Shown one piece after another: positions 1 through 10,722 of a stretch of 64,000 bases of DNA (position 1 is its first letter; every line of letters starts with the position of its first letter). The translations under genes were made by a program, and so were the position numbers. The stretch lies in NCBI RefSeq assembly GCF_009914755.1, contig NC_060926.1; one strand, given 5' to 3'. The notes under the pieces were generated by a model that had not been told where the DNA came from, searched no databases, and was given only the letters and a program-made list of their open reading frames with translations. The stretch is from the human T2T-CHM13v2.0 reference genome, Homo sapiens.

Positions 1-880
1 AGCCTAGGGGCCGTCTCGGAGAAATGGGGTGGTCCCCGCCAGGCGGCGGCGGGGCGGGCCCTGGGCGCCGAAGGGGTTAAGGCACCTGGGCCACCGCCCC
101 TGCCGGCCCCTCCTCCCGCGGCCGGGAAGAGGAAAGTCGCGGCGGGGGCGCGGCCCGGTCTCCGTCCCCACCCGCCCGCCGTCCCGCCGGCCCGAGCCGT
201 GGCGCCCAGAGCTGCGAGCCGCTCGCCCCTCCGCCGCTCCGGCCCGGGCCGCCATGTCGCTGTGGTGAGTGGGGCGGGGGGCCGTCGGGGGCCTGGGCGG
301 GGGCGTGGGCCCGGGGCTCCCCCTCCTCCGTGGCCACAGACGGGCGCCGGGACTCCCGGGATAGGAGATGCCCCCGCGCGCGCCGCGCCGGCCTCAGTTT
401 CCCGGGGGCGGATGGGCGGGCGGGCGCGGCGGCGGCGGCGGGAGATGTTCGCGGTACGCGGCCCCGGACCCGTGGGGGACGTCGAGGGGTCTCGGGGCGC
501 CGCGCTCAGCTCCCCGGCCCCGCGGCCCTGGACACCGCTCCAGGACCCTGGCGGCTGGGACCCCAGGTCTTGCCGGCAGCTGGGTCCCCTCTCCCTTCCA
601 GACCCCTGAGGGCCCCCTGCGTCCGGGCCACTCTCCTCCTCTCGGGGCTTCCTTCCGCGGGACCTCGGACCGCCGCCCGCCCGGCCCCTCTCCGCCCCTC
701 CCGGGCTTTCCCTACGAATGGAGCGGACCCGGCAGGTGGAGCGCCCGCAGCCCAGGGCCTCGCCGCCTTCCCGGTGCACCCCCCGACCTCCCCCGTCCCG
801 GCCTCGGTGGGCGGCTTCCCTGGAACCCCTAGGGCTGGCAGGGCCGGATCCGGAGCCCTCCGTTTCCTCCCCGGAGAGCT
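1..880. promoter_or_regulatory. B3GNT7: CpG island / promoter, exon 1 and start of intron 1 of B3GNT7
   Basis: Very GC- and CpG-rich with multiple GGGCGG boxes; contains the Kozak-context ATG (GCCGCCATG) at 254. Confidence 0.9.
254..264 (+). CDS. B3GNT7: B3GNT7 coding exon 1 (M-S-L-W split codon)
   Basis: GCCGCC ATG TCG CTG TG|gtgagt, donor at 265. Joins in frame to the acceptor at 2180 (TG+G = Trp). Confidence 0.93.
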
Positions 881-2180
881 GGACCTTGGGTCACACCCCC
901 CAGCCTGCACCTAAGGTGCCCCTGTCTTCCTCCAACCACATGCCCCAGCAACCTGGGGACCCTATGGGGAAAATGTCGCTCTATGGGGCTCAGCCTGCAT
1001 TCACCCTGGGGCCTGGACCTGCAACCGGACCAGCCCTCAGGGCAACCCAGGCGTCTCCACGGGCTGCCTGTCTCTCCTGGCACCCTGCTCCTCCCCCTTG
1101 GAGGTCAGCGCCATCTCTCTGCTAGGCTGGCCCTGGAAGGCCACTCTGCTGTCCCCAGAGCTCTCAGCCCCCAGGTCTCCACTGGGGAGGGTGGGGCAGG
1201 TGTCCTGGCAGCCCCCGGAGGGTGAGATGAAGAGAGGAGGTCCTTCAGGACAGGGGCTCAGGCCCCAGGGCTTGGGACGACCAGCACTCCTGGCAGAGAG
1301 CTCTAATTTCTGCTTCCGAAATGGGTGTGGACCGGGGTTGGGGTGGGGGGGTCTCTGGGCAAGAAGGGTCCCTCAAGGGCTGGAGCTGCAAATGTGCCCC
1401 CTCCCAGGGAGTAGAGCTGTAGCCTCATGTCTTCTAATGGGGTGTTATGAGCTGGGGATGTTAAGGTAGGGGTGAGGGGCAGTGCCATGCTAGAGGTGCT
1501 CACTGCATCCTTGGGCCTCCATCAACCATGAGGGCTGCTCTTTGTTGGGTGAGACAGACTGGAGAAGGGGGAGGAGGGCCAGTCTTCCTCAGGTCCCAAG
1601 CTCGAGCCACTCTCCAATGTGCCCCACATGTGATGGAGCTCCCGGGCGGCACAGAGGATCAGAGGGTGCCCTCTCAATGACTCTGGCTCTGAGTCACCTA
1701 ATGATACCGATACCTACTGCTGTGGGTAGGTACACCGCAGGGAAATGAAAGGCATTGGGGTTCCAGGCGTGGGGAACAGGGCAGAGGTTTCCACCTGAGG
1801 CCCTCCTGTTAAGGTGACAGCATTCCCCTAACTGTGCACCCGCTGCCTGGTACTTTATATAGCACTCCAATCCTGTGTTTTAGCCCCATTTGGGGGAAGA
1901 AGAAATCGTGGCTCAGAGTGGTTGTAAACCACTCATTCAGCTTGTAAGCGTCAGGGCCTGATTCCACAGTGCTCCTTGAGGAGAGGGCAGGGTGGGAGAA
2001 AGAAAGGGCAGGGTGGGAGAGGAAGCGGGACCCTACCCTGACAGCTTAGGGACTCCGGGACTGAGCCTGTGCCCAGGTCCACTTGCCCGTCTGGGACCAC
2101 CCAGCCTCCCAAGGGGGGCGCCAGGAGAGCCCTGGGCTCATCTTTTCTCTCTCCTCTGTACTGTCCGCTCTCCCCCACAG

Positions 2181-3375
2181 GAAGAAAACCGTCTACCGGA
2201 GTCTGTGCCTGGCCCTGGCCCTGCTCGTGGCCGTGACGGTGTTCCAACGCAGTCTCACCCCTGGTCAGTTTCTGCAGGAGCCTCCGCCACCCACCCTGGA
2301 GCCACAGAAGGCCCAGAAGCCAAATGGACAGCTGGTGAACCCCAACAACTTCTGGAAGAACCCGAAAGATGTGGCTGCGCCCACGCCCATGGCCTCTCAG
2401 GGGCCCCAGGCCTGGGACGTGACCACCACTAACTGCTCAGCCAATATCAACTTGACCCACCAGCCCTGGTTCCAGGTCCTGGAGCCGCAGTTCCGGCAGT
2501 TTCTCTTCTACCGCCACTGCCGCTACTTCCCCATGCTGCTGAACCACCCGGAGAAGTGCAGGGGCGATGTCTACCTGCTGGTGGTTGTCAAGTCGGTCAT
2601 CACGCAGCACGACCGCCGCGAGGCCATCCGCCAGACCTGGGGCCGCGAGCGGCAGTCCGCGGGTGGGGGCCGAGGCGCCGTGCGCACCCTCTTCCTGCTG
2701 GGCACGGCCTCCAAGCAGGAGGAGCGCACGCACTACCAGCAGCTGCTGGCCTACGAAGACCGCCTCTACGGCGACATCCTGCAGTGGGGCTTTCTCGACA
2801 CCTTCTTCAACCTGACCCTCAAGGAGATCCACTTCCTCAAGTGGCTGGACATCTACTGCCCCCACGTCCCCTTCATTTTCAAAGGCGACGATGACGTCTT
2901 CGTCAACCCCACCAACCTGCTAGAATTTCTGGCTGACCGGCAGCCACAGGAAAACCTGTTCGTGGGCGATGTCCTGCAGCACGCTCGGCCCATTCGCAGG
3001 AAAGACAACAAATACTACATCCCGGGGGCCCTGTACGGCAAGGCCAGCTATCCGCCGTATGCAGGCGGCGGTGGCTTCCTCATGGCCGGCAGCCTGGCCC
3101 GGCGCCTGCACCATGCCTGCGACACCCTGGAGCTCTACCCGATCGACGACGTCTTTCTGGGCATGTGCCTGGAGGTGCTGGGCGTGCAGCCCACGGCCCA
3201 CGAGGGCTTCAAGACTTTCGGCATCTCCCGGAACCGCAACAGCCGCATGAACAAGGAGCCGTGCTTTTTCCGCGCCATGCTCGTGGTGCACAAGCTGCTG
3301 CCCCCTGAGCTGCTCGCCATGTGGGGGCTGGTGCACAGCAATCTCACCTGCTCCCGCAAGCTCCAGGTGCTCTGA
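2181..3375 (+). CDS. B3GNT7: B3GNT7 coding exon 2, beta-1,3-N-acetylglucosaminyltransferase 7 (GT31 family, type II Golgi enzyme)
   Basis: Polypyrimidine tract then cag|G at 2180/2181. 11+1195 = 1206 nt = 401 aa. Signal-anchor [14 protein letters not shown] and GT31 motifs RxxIRx[36 protein letters not shown]. Confidence 0.96.
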
Positions 3376-4532
3376 CCCCAGCCGGGCTACTAGGACAGGC
3401 CAGGGCACTTGCTCCTGAGCCCCCATGGTATTGGGGCTGGAGCCACAGTGCCCAGGCCTAGCCTTTGGTCCCCAAGGGGAGGTGGAGGGTTGAGGCCTAC
3501 GTGCCACTGGGTGTGGTGGGGTGCAGGTAGCCAGAAAGGGACCTCCCTGTGTGGATAATTCTAGGAAACTGAGGCCCAGGAACGGTTGGAGCTGCCCAGT
3601 CTGGAGGCCCTCTCTGAGGAGCGAGGCGCCAGGCCCTGGCAGCCCTCCTGACCTGGGTCCGTTGCTGGCCCCCTCAGATGTGGTGGGAGGTCCTGGTGAC
3701 CTCTGGAGGAACGCTGTGCTCAGGTACCTGGGCTAGGCCTGGCCTGATGGGTCTGTGGCCGCCCCTCGTCTTCACAGGGAAGAGTCTTCTGTGAAATGCC
3801 TCAGTCTCCCCAGAGGCCGGGCGGCCCTGGCAGGAGAAACTCAACCCTGTGCGGGCTCACAGGCACCCCCCAGTCCACACCCTGGTCTCCTGGGAGAGAG
3901 GGCCCAGCCGGCTCTCCGCAGCCCCAGGCCTGCCTGGAGACGGGCCGCCTCTGCCACAGGGCCTCCACTCCTGGCTGTGTCCTGTAAGGTCTGGAAGGGC
4001 GACCGCTCTGACTACCTCAGCGCCCCTCAGAATCTCCCTGGGGCTGCAGCCCTACCCCACCCCGACACAGGGCAGAAGAGCAGCGCTCCTGGCCCCCCGA
4101 AGTCCCAGAGCTGCTGACCCCCGCCCCAGGCAAGTCTCTCCCGCAGCCCCCACACCCCCAGGCCTGGCTCCCTGGCTGGAAAGCAGCCGGTTTGGCCCTG
4201 GAAGTGGACATTCCTCTATTACTGTGAAGTTTTATTTATGAAGAATTTGGAGGGAGAAGGCTCCAGGCTTCAGGAGGGGGTGGTGTCCTCCCTGGCCCTC
4301 CTCCCTTCCCTCCCCTCATTCCAGCTGCCTGCCCTCAGCACCCCCAGGCCCCTCACAGCCCAGCCCCCTCCAGAGCCCTGCCCCACCGCACCCTGCTTCT
4401 CCAGGGCCTAGCAGACCAGCATCTGCCCCGGTGAAGGGATGGATCAGCTGTGGGGGTGGGTGCAGAAGGTTGCCACCTCCTACCTCAGCGGGAGTCACCT
4501 AGGAAAGATGGAGGGATTGACACTATTTTCTC

Positions 4533-4540
4533 AATAAAAT

Positions 4541-4573
<33 letters not shown>
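4533..4573 (+). terminator. B3GNT7: Candidate proximal poly(A) signal of B3GNT7 followed by a T28 run
   Basis: AATAAA at 4533-4538; T-run at 4546-4573. Confidence 0.5.
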
Positions 4574-5163
4574 GGTGTGAAACTTCCTGTTCCCAGCTGC
4601 ATCAGAGAGCCTGTCTGGGGCCAAGGTTGCCAGAGATTTCTGAAGACACAGCTTGTTCCTTGTTCTTGGCTGGTGGGTGCACAAGGACTTCTGGAAGGGA
4701 TTTAGACGGGGCTGAGTGCTAGGATTAAAGTGGGGATGGGAGTACGGCAACAGAAAAACCTGGGAGCTAGCAATGCACCCAGCCCTTGACTGTGCCCTGG
4801 TGGACAGCCGAGCTGTGGCTCTAGCGTGAGCCAGTGCCTTCCTGTCCCTGCCAAGGGTGAGGCCAGAGTTGGCCCCGAGGCTAATGTTTCAGTGGGTGAG
4901 ATTAGGTCGGCCGTACAGAGGCCGGTGGGCTCCCTGACATCCCTTCCAGGCAACCTGAAAGCACTGAAATAGCTTATGGCCCTGTGCCAGGGACCTTGGC
5001 CCAAGCTGCTGACCTCCAGGGTGGGGAGGGAGCTACCCCCAGGAGAAGAGTCACTCAGACAGCAGTATGAGCAAGCCAGCCAGCAGCTCCGTGCCTGCAC
5101 CCAGCTCAGGGGAATCCCAGGGGGTTCAGATGCCCAGGAAGGAAAAGGGGACAGCGCTACTGC

Positions 5164-5658
5164 TATGGAATGAGACCACCACTTCTCCTGTTGTCCTTCC
5201 CAGCTTCTCCCCAACCTCCCCTTTTCCCTAGTTTATAAGACAGGAGAAAAGGGAGAAAGCAAAAAGCTGGAAAGAAACAGAAGTAAGATAAATAGCTAGA
5301 CGACCTTGGCGCCACCACCTGGCCCTGGTGGTTAAAATGATAATAATATTAACCCCTGACCAAAACGACTGGTGTTATCTGTAAATCCCAGACATTGTGT
5401 GAGAAAGCACCGTAAAACTTTTTGTCCTATTAGCTGATGTGTGTAGCCCCCAGTCACGTTCCTCACGCTTACTTGATCTATTATGACCCTTTCACGTGGA
5501 CCCCTTAGAGTTGTAAGCTCTTAAAAGGGCTAGGAATTTCTTTTTCGGGGAGCTCGGCTCTTAAGACGCGAGTCTGCCGACGCTCCCGGCCGAATAAAAA
5601 CCTCTTCCTTCTTTAATCCGGTGTCTGAGGAGTTTTGTCTGGGACTCATCCTGCTACA
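5164..5658 (+). mobile_element. 5' LTR (LTR2B-like), 495 bp
   Basis: TATGGAATGAGACC...CCTGCTACA, a direct repeat of 12798-13295. AATAAA at 5593-5598, E-box CACGTG at 5493-5498, AGATAA at 5286-5291. Confidence 0.93.
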
Positions 5659-5663
5659 TTTCT

Positions 5664-5681
5664 TGGTTCCCTGACCGGGAA
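5664..5681 (+). other. Primer binding site complementary to tRNA-Glu 3' end
   Basis: TGGTTCCCTGACCGGGAA just after the 5' LTR; defines the HERV-E group. Confidence 0.92.
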
Positions 5682-6201
5682 GCGAGGTAATTGACGGACG
5701 GTCGAGGCGGCCCCTTAGGCGGCTTAGGCCTGCCCTGTGGAGCATCCCTGCGGGGGACTGTGGCCAGCTTGAGCTACGCAGATCCTGAGAGCACTCCCGG
5801 GTAGGCAATGCTCTTGACGGGTGGAACACCTCGTCAGAGCAGTGTGTGGCAGGCCCCCGTGGAGGATCAGCACAGTGGCTGAAGGAACGGGCACTTGGAG
5901 CCCGGACATCTGAAACTTGGTAAGACTGGTCTTTGGAACTTGCCCACTCCATTTGAGTGGAAGCATGTCCTGATCACCCACGGTGTGCCTGTACCGGCAC
6001 TTTGGTTTTTGTTTTTGACTTGACTTGAATTGCTTGATACTTTGGTTTTGGTTTTGACCTGGCTTGGATTTCTGGATACTCTGGGTTTGGTTTTGATTCT
6101 GGTTTGGTGTAAACTGAAAAAGTGTGTGTGTGCCCTTTTTACCCATTCTTTGTTCTGTGGTGTGCGTGCGGTGTGAGCTTGGTGTTTTGTCTCAAGGAAA
6201 C

Positions 6202-7811
6202 ACGGGTCAGACACAAGGTAAGCCTACTCCGCTAGGAACTATGTTGAAAAATTTTAAGAAGGGATTTAACGGAGACTATGGGGTTACTATGACACCAGGG
6301 AAACAGAATTTTGTGTGAAATAGATCGGCCAACATTAGAAGTGGGTTGGCCATCAGAAGGAAGCCTGGACAGGTCCCTTATTTCTAAGGTATGGCACAAG
6401 GTAACTGGTAAGTCAGGACACTCAGACCAGTTCCCATACATAGACACTTGGTTACTACAGCTGGTGCAAGACCCCCCACAGTGGCTAAGAGGGCAGGCAG
6501 CAGCAGTGCTAGTAGCAAAGGGACAGATAGCCAAGGAAGGATCCCGCTCTACCCACTGGGGGAAATCAACTCCTGAAGTTCTGTTCGACCCAACATCAGA
6601 AGATCCATTGCAGGAGATGGCACCAGTGATCCCAGTGCTGCCCTCCCCTTACCAGGCAGAGAGGCTCCCTACTTTTGAGCCCACAGTGCTTGTGCCTCCG
6701 TAAGACAAACATATCCCTAGGCCACCCAGAGTAGACAAGAGAGGAGGTGAAGCCTCAGGAGAAACCCCTCCCTTGGCAGCTTGTTTAAGACCCAAAACTG
6801 GGATACAAATGCCCCTGAGAGAGCAGCGGTATACTGGGATAGAGGAGGATGGTCACATGGTGGAGAAGCGTGTTTTTGTGTACCAGCCCTTCACCTCTGC
6901 CAACCTTCTCAATTGGAAAAACAATACCCTGTCCTATACTGAAAAACCACAAGCTCTAATTGATTTGCTCCAAACTATTATCCAGACCCATAACCCCACT
7001 TGAGCTGATTGCCACCAGTTGCTCATGTTCCTCTTTAACACAGATGAAAGGCAGAGAGTGCTCCAAGCAGCAACTAAGTGGGTACAGGAACATGCACCGG
7101 CTGATTACCAAAACCCCCAAGAGTGTGTAAGGACCCAGTTACCAGGAACTGACCCCCAGTGGGATCCAAATGAAAGAGAGGATATGCAAAGGCTAAACCG
7201 AGACAGGGAAGCTGTCTTGGAAGGATTAAAGAGGGGAGCCCAGAAGGCCACAAACGTTAACAAGGTCTCTGAGGTCATTTGGGGAAAAAGAAGAAAGTCC
7301 AGCACAATTCTACCAGAGACTGTGTGAGGGCTATCGTATGTATACTCCCTTTGATCCCGTTAGCCCTGAAAATCAGCGAATGGTTAACATGGCTTTAGTT
7401 AGTCAAAGCGCAGAAGACATTAGAAGAAAACTGCAGAAACAGGATGGGTTTGCAGGGACGAACACATCACAGTTATTAGAAGTAGCTAACCAGGTGTTTG
7501 TAAACAGGGATGCAGTAAGCCCTAAGGAAAACCGCAGAGAGAATGAACGTCAGGCCCGGCGAAACGCCGAGCTGTTAGCTGCAGCAGTCGGAGGGGTCTC
7601 CTCAAAGAGGCAAGGGAAGGGGGGACCCGGGAAAGAGACTCAGCCTGGCTGTCAGAGCTTGCAGTGTAACCAGTGTGCTTATTGTAAAGAAATAGGATAT
7701 TGGAAGAACAAATGCCCCCAGCTAAAAGGAAAACAAGGTGACTTGGAGCAGGAGGTTCCAGACAAGGAGGAAGGGGCCCTGCTCAACCTGGCAGAAGAGT
7801 TATTGGACTGA
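6202..7811 (+). pseudogene. gag: HERV-E gag (disrupted)
   Basis: Start codon appears mutated (ACG GGT CAG, the MGQ myristoylation motif). Pieces: matrix (WPSEGSLD), capsid (YQPFT..LLNWK, MHR-like region) and NC knuckle CAYCKEIGYWKNKC (His to Tyr). Frameshifts near 6305 and 7285; stops at 6701 and 7001. Confidence 0.88.
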
Positions 7812-10700
7812 GGGGGACCGGGCTCAAGGGCCCCCAAAGAGCCTATGGCCAGGATGACAGTCGGGGGTAAAGACATTGATTTTCTTGTAGATACTGGTGC
7901 TGAACATTCAGTAGTAACCGCCCCGGTCGCCCCCTTCTCCAAAAAGACTATTGACATAATCAGAGCCATGGGAATTTCAGCAAAACAAGCTTTCTGCTTG
8001 CCCCGGACTTGTACTGTAGGAGGACGTAAAGTGATTCATCAGTTTTTATATATGCCTGACTGTCCCTTGCCCTTGTTGGGAAGGGACTTGCTTTGCAAGC
8101 TGAGAGCCACTATCTCTTTTACAGAGCATGGCTCTTTGCTGCTAAAGTTACCTGGAACGGGAGTCATTATGACCCTTACGGTCCCCTGAGAGGAGGAATG
8201 GAGACTTTTCTTAACTGAGTCAGGCCAAGAGATAAGACCAGCTCTGGCTAAGCGGTGGCCAAGAGTGTGGGCGGAAGACAACCCTCCAGGGTTGGCAGTC
8301 AACCAAGCCCCCATACTTATAGAAGTTAAGCCTGGGGCCCAGCCAGTTAGGCAAAAACAGTACCCGGTCCCCAGAGAAGCTCTTGAAGGTATTCAGGTCC
8401 CTCTCAAGTGCCTAAGAACCTTTGGAATGATAGTTCCTTGTCAGTCTCCATGGAACACTCCCCTCCTGCCTGTTCCCGAGCCTAAGACCAAGGACTACTG
8501 GCCGGGACAGGATTTGCGCTTGGTTAAGCAGGCTACAGTGACTTTACATCCAGCAGTACCTAACCCGTACACATTGCTGGGGTTGCTGCCAGCTGAGGAC
8601 AGCTGCTTCACCTGCTTGGACCTGAAAGATGCTTTCTTTAGCATCAGATTCGCCCCTGAGAGCCAGAAGCTGTTTGCCTTTCAGTGGGAAGATCCGGAGT
8701 CAGGTGTCACTACTCAGTACACTTGGACCTGGCTTCCTCAAGGGTTCAAGAACTCCCCCACCATCTTCGGGGAGGAGTTGGCTCGAGACCTCCAGAAGTG
8801 TCCCACCAGAAACCTAGGCTGCGTGTTGCTCCAGTACGTTGATGACCTTTTGCTGGGACACCCCACGGCAGTCGGGTGCGCCAAGGGAACGGATGCTCTA
8901 CTCCGGCATCTGGAGGACTGTGGGTATAAGGTGTCCAAGAAAAAAGCTCAGATCTGCCGACCGCAGGTACGTTACTTGGGATTTACTATCCGACAGGGGG
9001 AGCGCAGCCTGGGATCAGAAAGAAAGCAGGTCATTTGCACTCTACCGGAGCCTAAGAGCAGAAAGCAGGTGAGAAAATTCTTAGGAGCTGCGGGGTTTTG
9101 CAGACTGTGGATCCCAAACTTTGCAGTATTAGCCAAGCCTTTGTATGAGGTCACAAAGTAGGGGGACCGGGAACCTTTCGAATGGGGATCCCAACAACAG
9201 CAAGCCTTTCGTGAGTTAAAGGAAAAACTTATGTCAGCCCCAGCCCTGGGGCTACCCAATCTGACAAAGCCTTTTACATTGTATGTGTCAGAGAGAGAAA
9301 AGATGGCAGTTAGAGTTTTAACCCAAACTGTGGGGCCCTGGCCGAGGCCAGTGGCCTACCTCTCTAAACAACTAGATGGGGTTTCTAAAGGATGGCCCCC
9401 ATGTTTGAGGGCCTTGGCAGCAACTGCCCTGCTAGTACAAGAAGCAGTTAAGCTGACTCTTGGGCAAAACCTGAACATAAAGGCCCCCCATGCTATGGTG
9501 ACTTTAATAAATACTAAAGGACATCATTGGCTAACAAATGCTAGACTCACCAAGTACCAAAGTTTGCTCTGTGAAAATCCCCGTATAACCATTGAAATTT
9601 GTAACACCCTGAACCCCACTACCTTGCTTCTGGTATCAGAGGGCCCTGTCGAGCATGACTGTGTAGAAGTGTTGGACTCAGTCTACTCTAGCAGACCTGA
9701 CCTCCAGGACCAGCCTTGGGCACCAGTAGACTGGGAACTATACATGGATGGGGGCAGCTTCATCAACCCACAAGGAGAGAGAGGTGCAGGGTATGCAGTG
9801 GTAACCCTGGACACTGTTGTTGAAGCCAGGTCGTTGCCCCAGGCCACTTCACCCAGAAAGCTGAACTCATTGCTTTCATTCGGGCCTTAGAACTCAGTGA
9901 AGGTGAGACTGTAAACATTTACACTGACTCTCGGTATCCCTTTTTAACCCTTCAAGTGCATGAAGCATCATATAAAGAAAAGGGCCTATTGAACTCTGGG
10001 GGAAAGGACATAAAATATCAACAAGAAATCTTGCAATTATTAGAAGCCGTATGGAAACCCCACAAGGTGGCAGTTATGCATTGCAGAGGACACCAGCGAG
10101 CTTCCACCTTGGTGGGCTTGGGGAATTCCCGTGCTGACTCAGAGTTCCGGAAAGGTAGAGCAGATGAATTGGACTATCAAAAATAGTTAAGGGAAAGTAT
10201 GTCAGGAAACAGGATTAAAATGGATACAGGCTCTCCCTATGGTATTATTTAAAATTAGATGTACCCCTTCTAAAAGAACAGGATATTCCCCTTATGAAAT
10301 ATTATAGGCCCCCTCCCATATTGCGGGGACTTCCAGGCACTCCCCGAGAGTTAGGTGAAATTGAGTTACAGCGACAGCTACAGGCTTTAGGAAAAATTAC
10401 ACAAACAATCTCAGCCTGGGTAAATGAGAGATGCCCTGTTAGCTTATTCTCCCCAGTTCACCCTTTCTCCCCAAGGACTGGAACGTAGCCTCTTTGTGCC
10501 CACGGTGGAAAGGACCCCAGACTGTCATCCTGACCACTCCCACCGCTGTGAAGGTAGAAGGAGTCCCAGCCTGGATCCACCACAGCCGTGTAAAACCTGC
10601 AGTGCCTGAAACCTCAGAGGTAAGACCAAGCCCAGAGGACCCTTGCAGAGTGACCCTGAAGAAAACGACAAGCCCTGCTCCAGTCACGCCCGGAAGCTGA
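7812..10700 (+). pseudogene. pol: HERV-E pro-pol (protease, RT, RNase H, partial integrase; disrupted)
   Basis: LVDTGA and LLGRD (PR); LPQGFKNSP and YVDD (RT); VMHCRGHQ (RNase H); [13 protein letters not shown] (IN C-terminus). Stops at 8187 and 9159, frameshift near 9850, deletion near 10140. Confidence 0.92.
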
Positions 10701-10722
10701 CTGGTCCACGCACGGCCAAAGC

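Noticed and set aside
4-1748. Many overlapping Pro/Arg/Gly-rich ORFs
   Set aside because: Expected from stop-codon scarcity in a CpG island and GC-rich intron; no domain motifs.
2083-2180. N-terminal extension of the 430-aa B3GNT7 ORF
   Set aside because: Starts at TTG within the intron/polypyrimidine tract; the real start is spliced from exon 1.
816-3567. STAT-like motifs (TTCCCTGGAA at 816, TTCTAGGAA at 3559) and AP-1 at 1690
   Set aside because: Short motifs expected by chance; no support from sequence alone.
5160-5165. Apparent 6-bp TSD CTGCTA
   Set aside because: TA belongs to the LTR start, as shown by the 3' LTR after the PPT; the TSD is the 4-bp CTGC.
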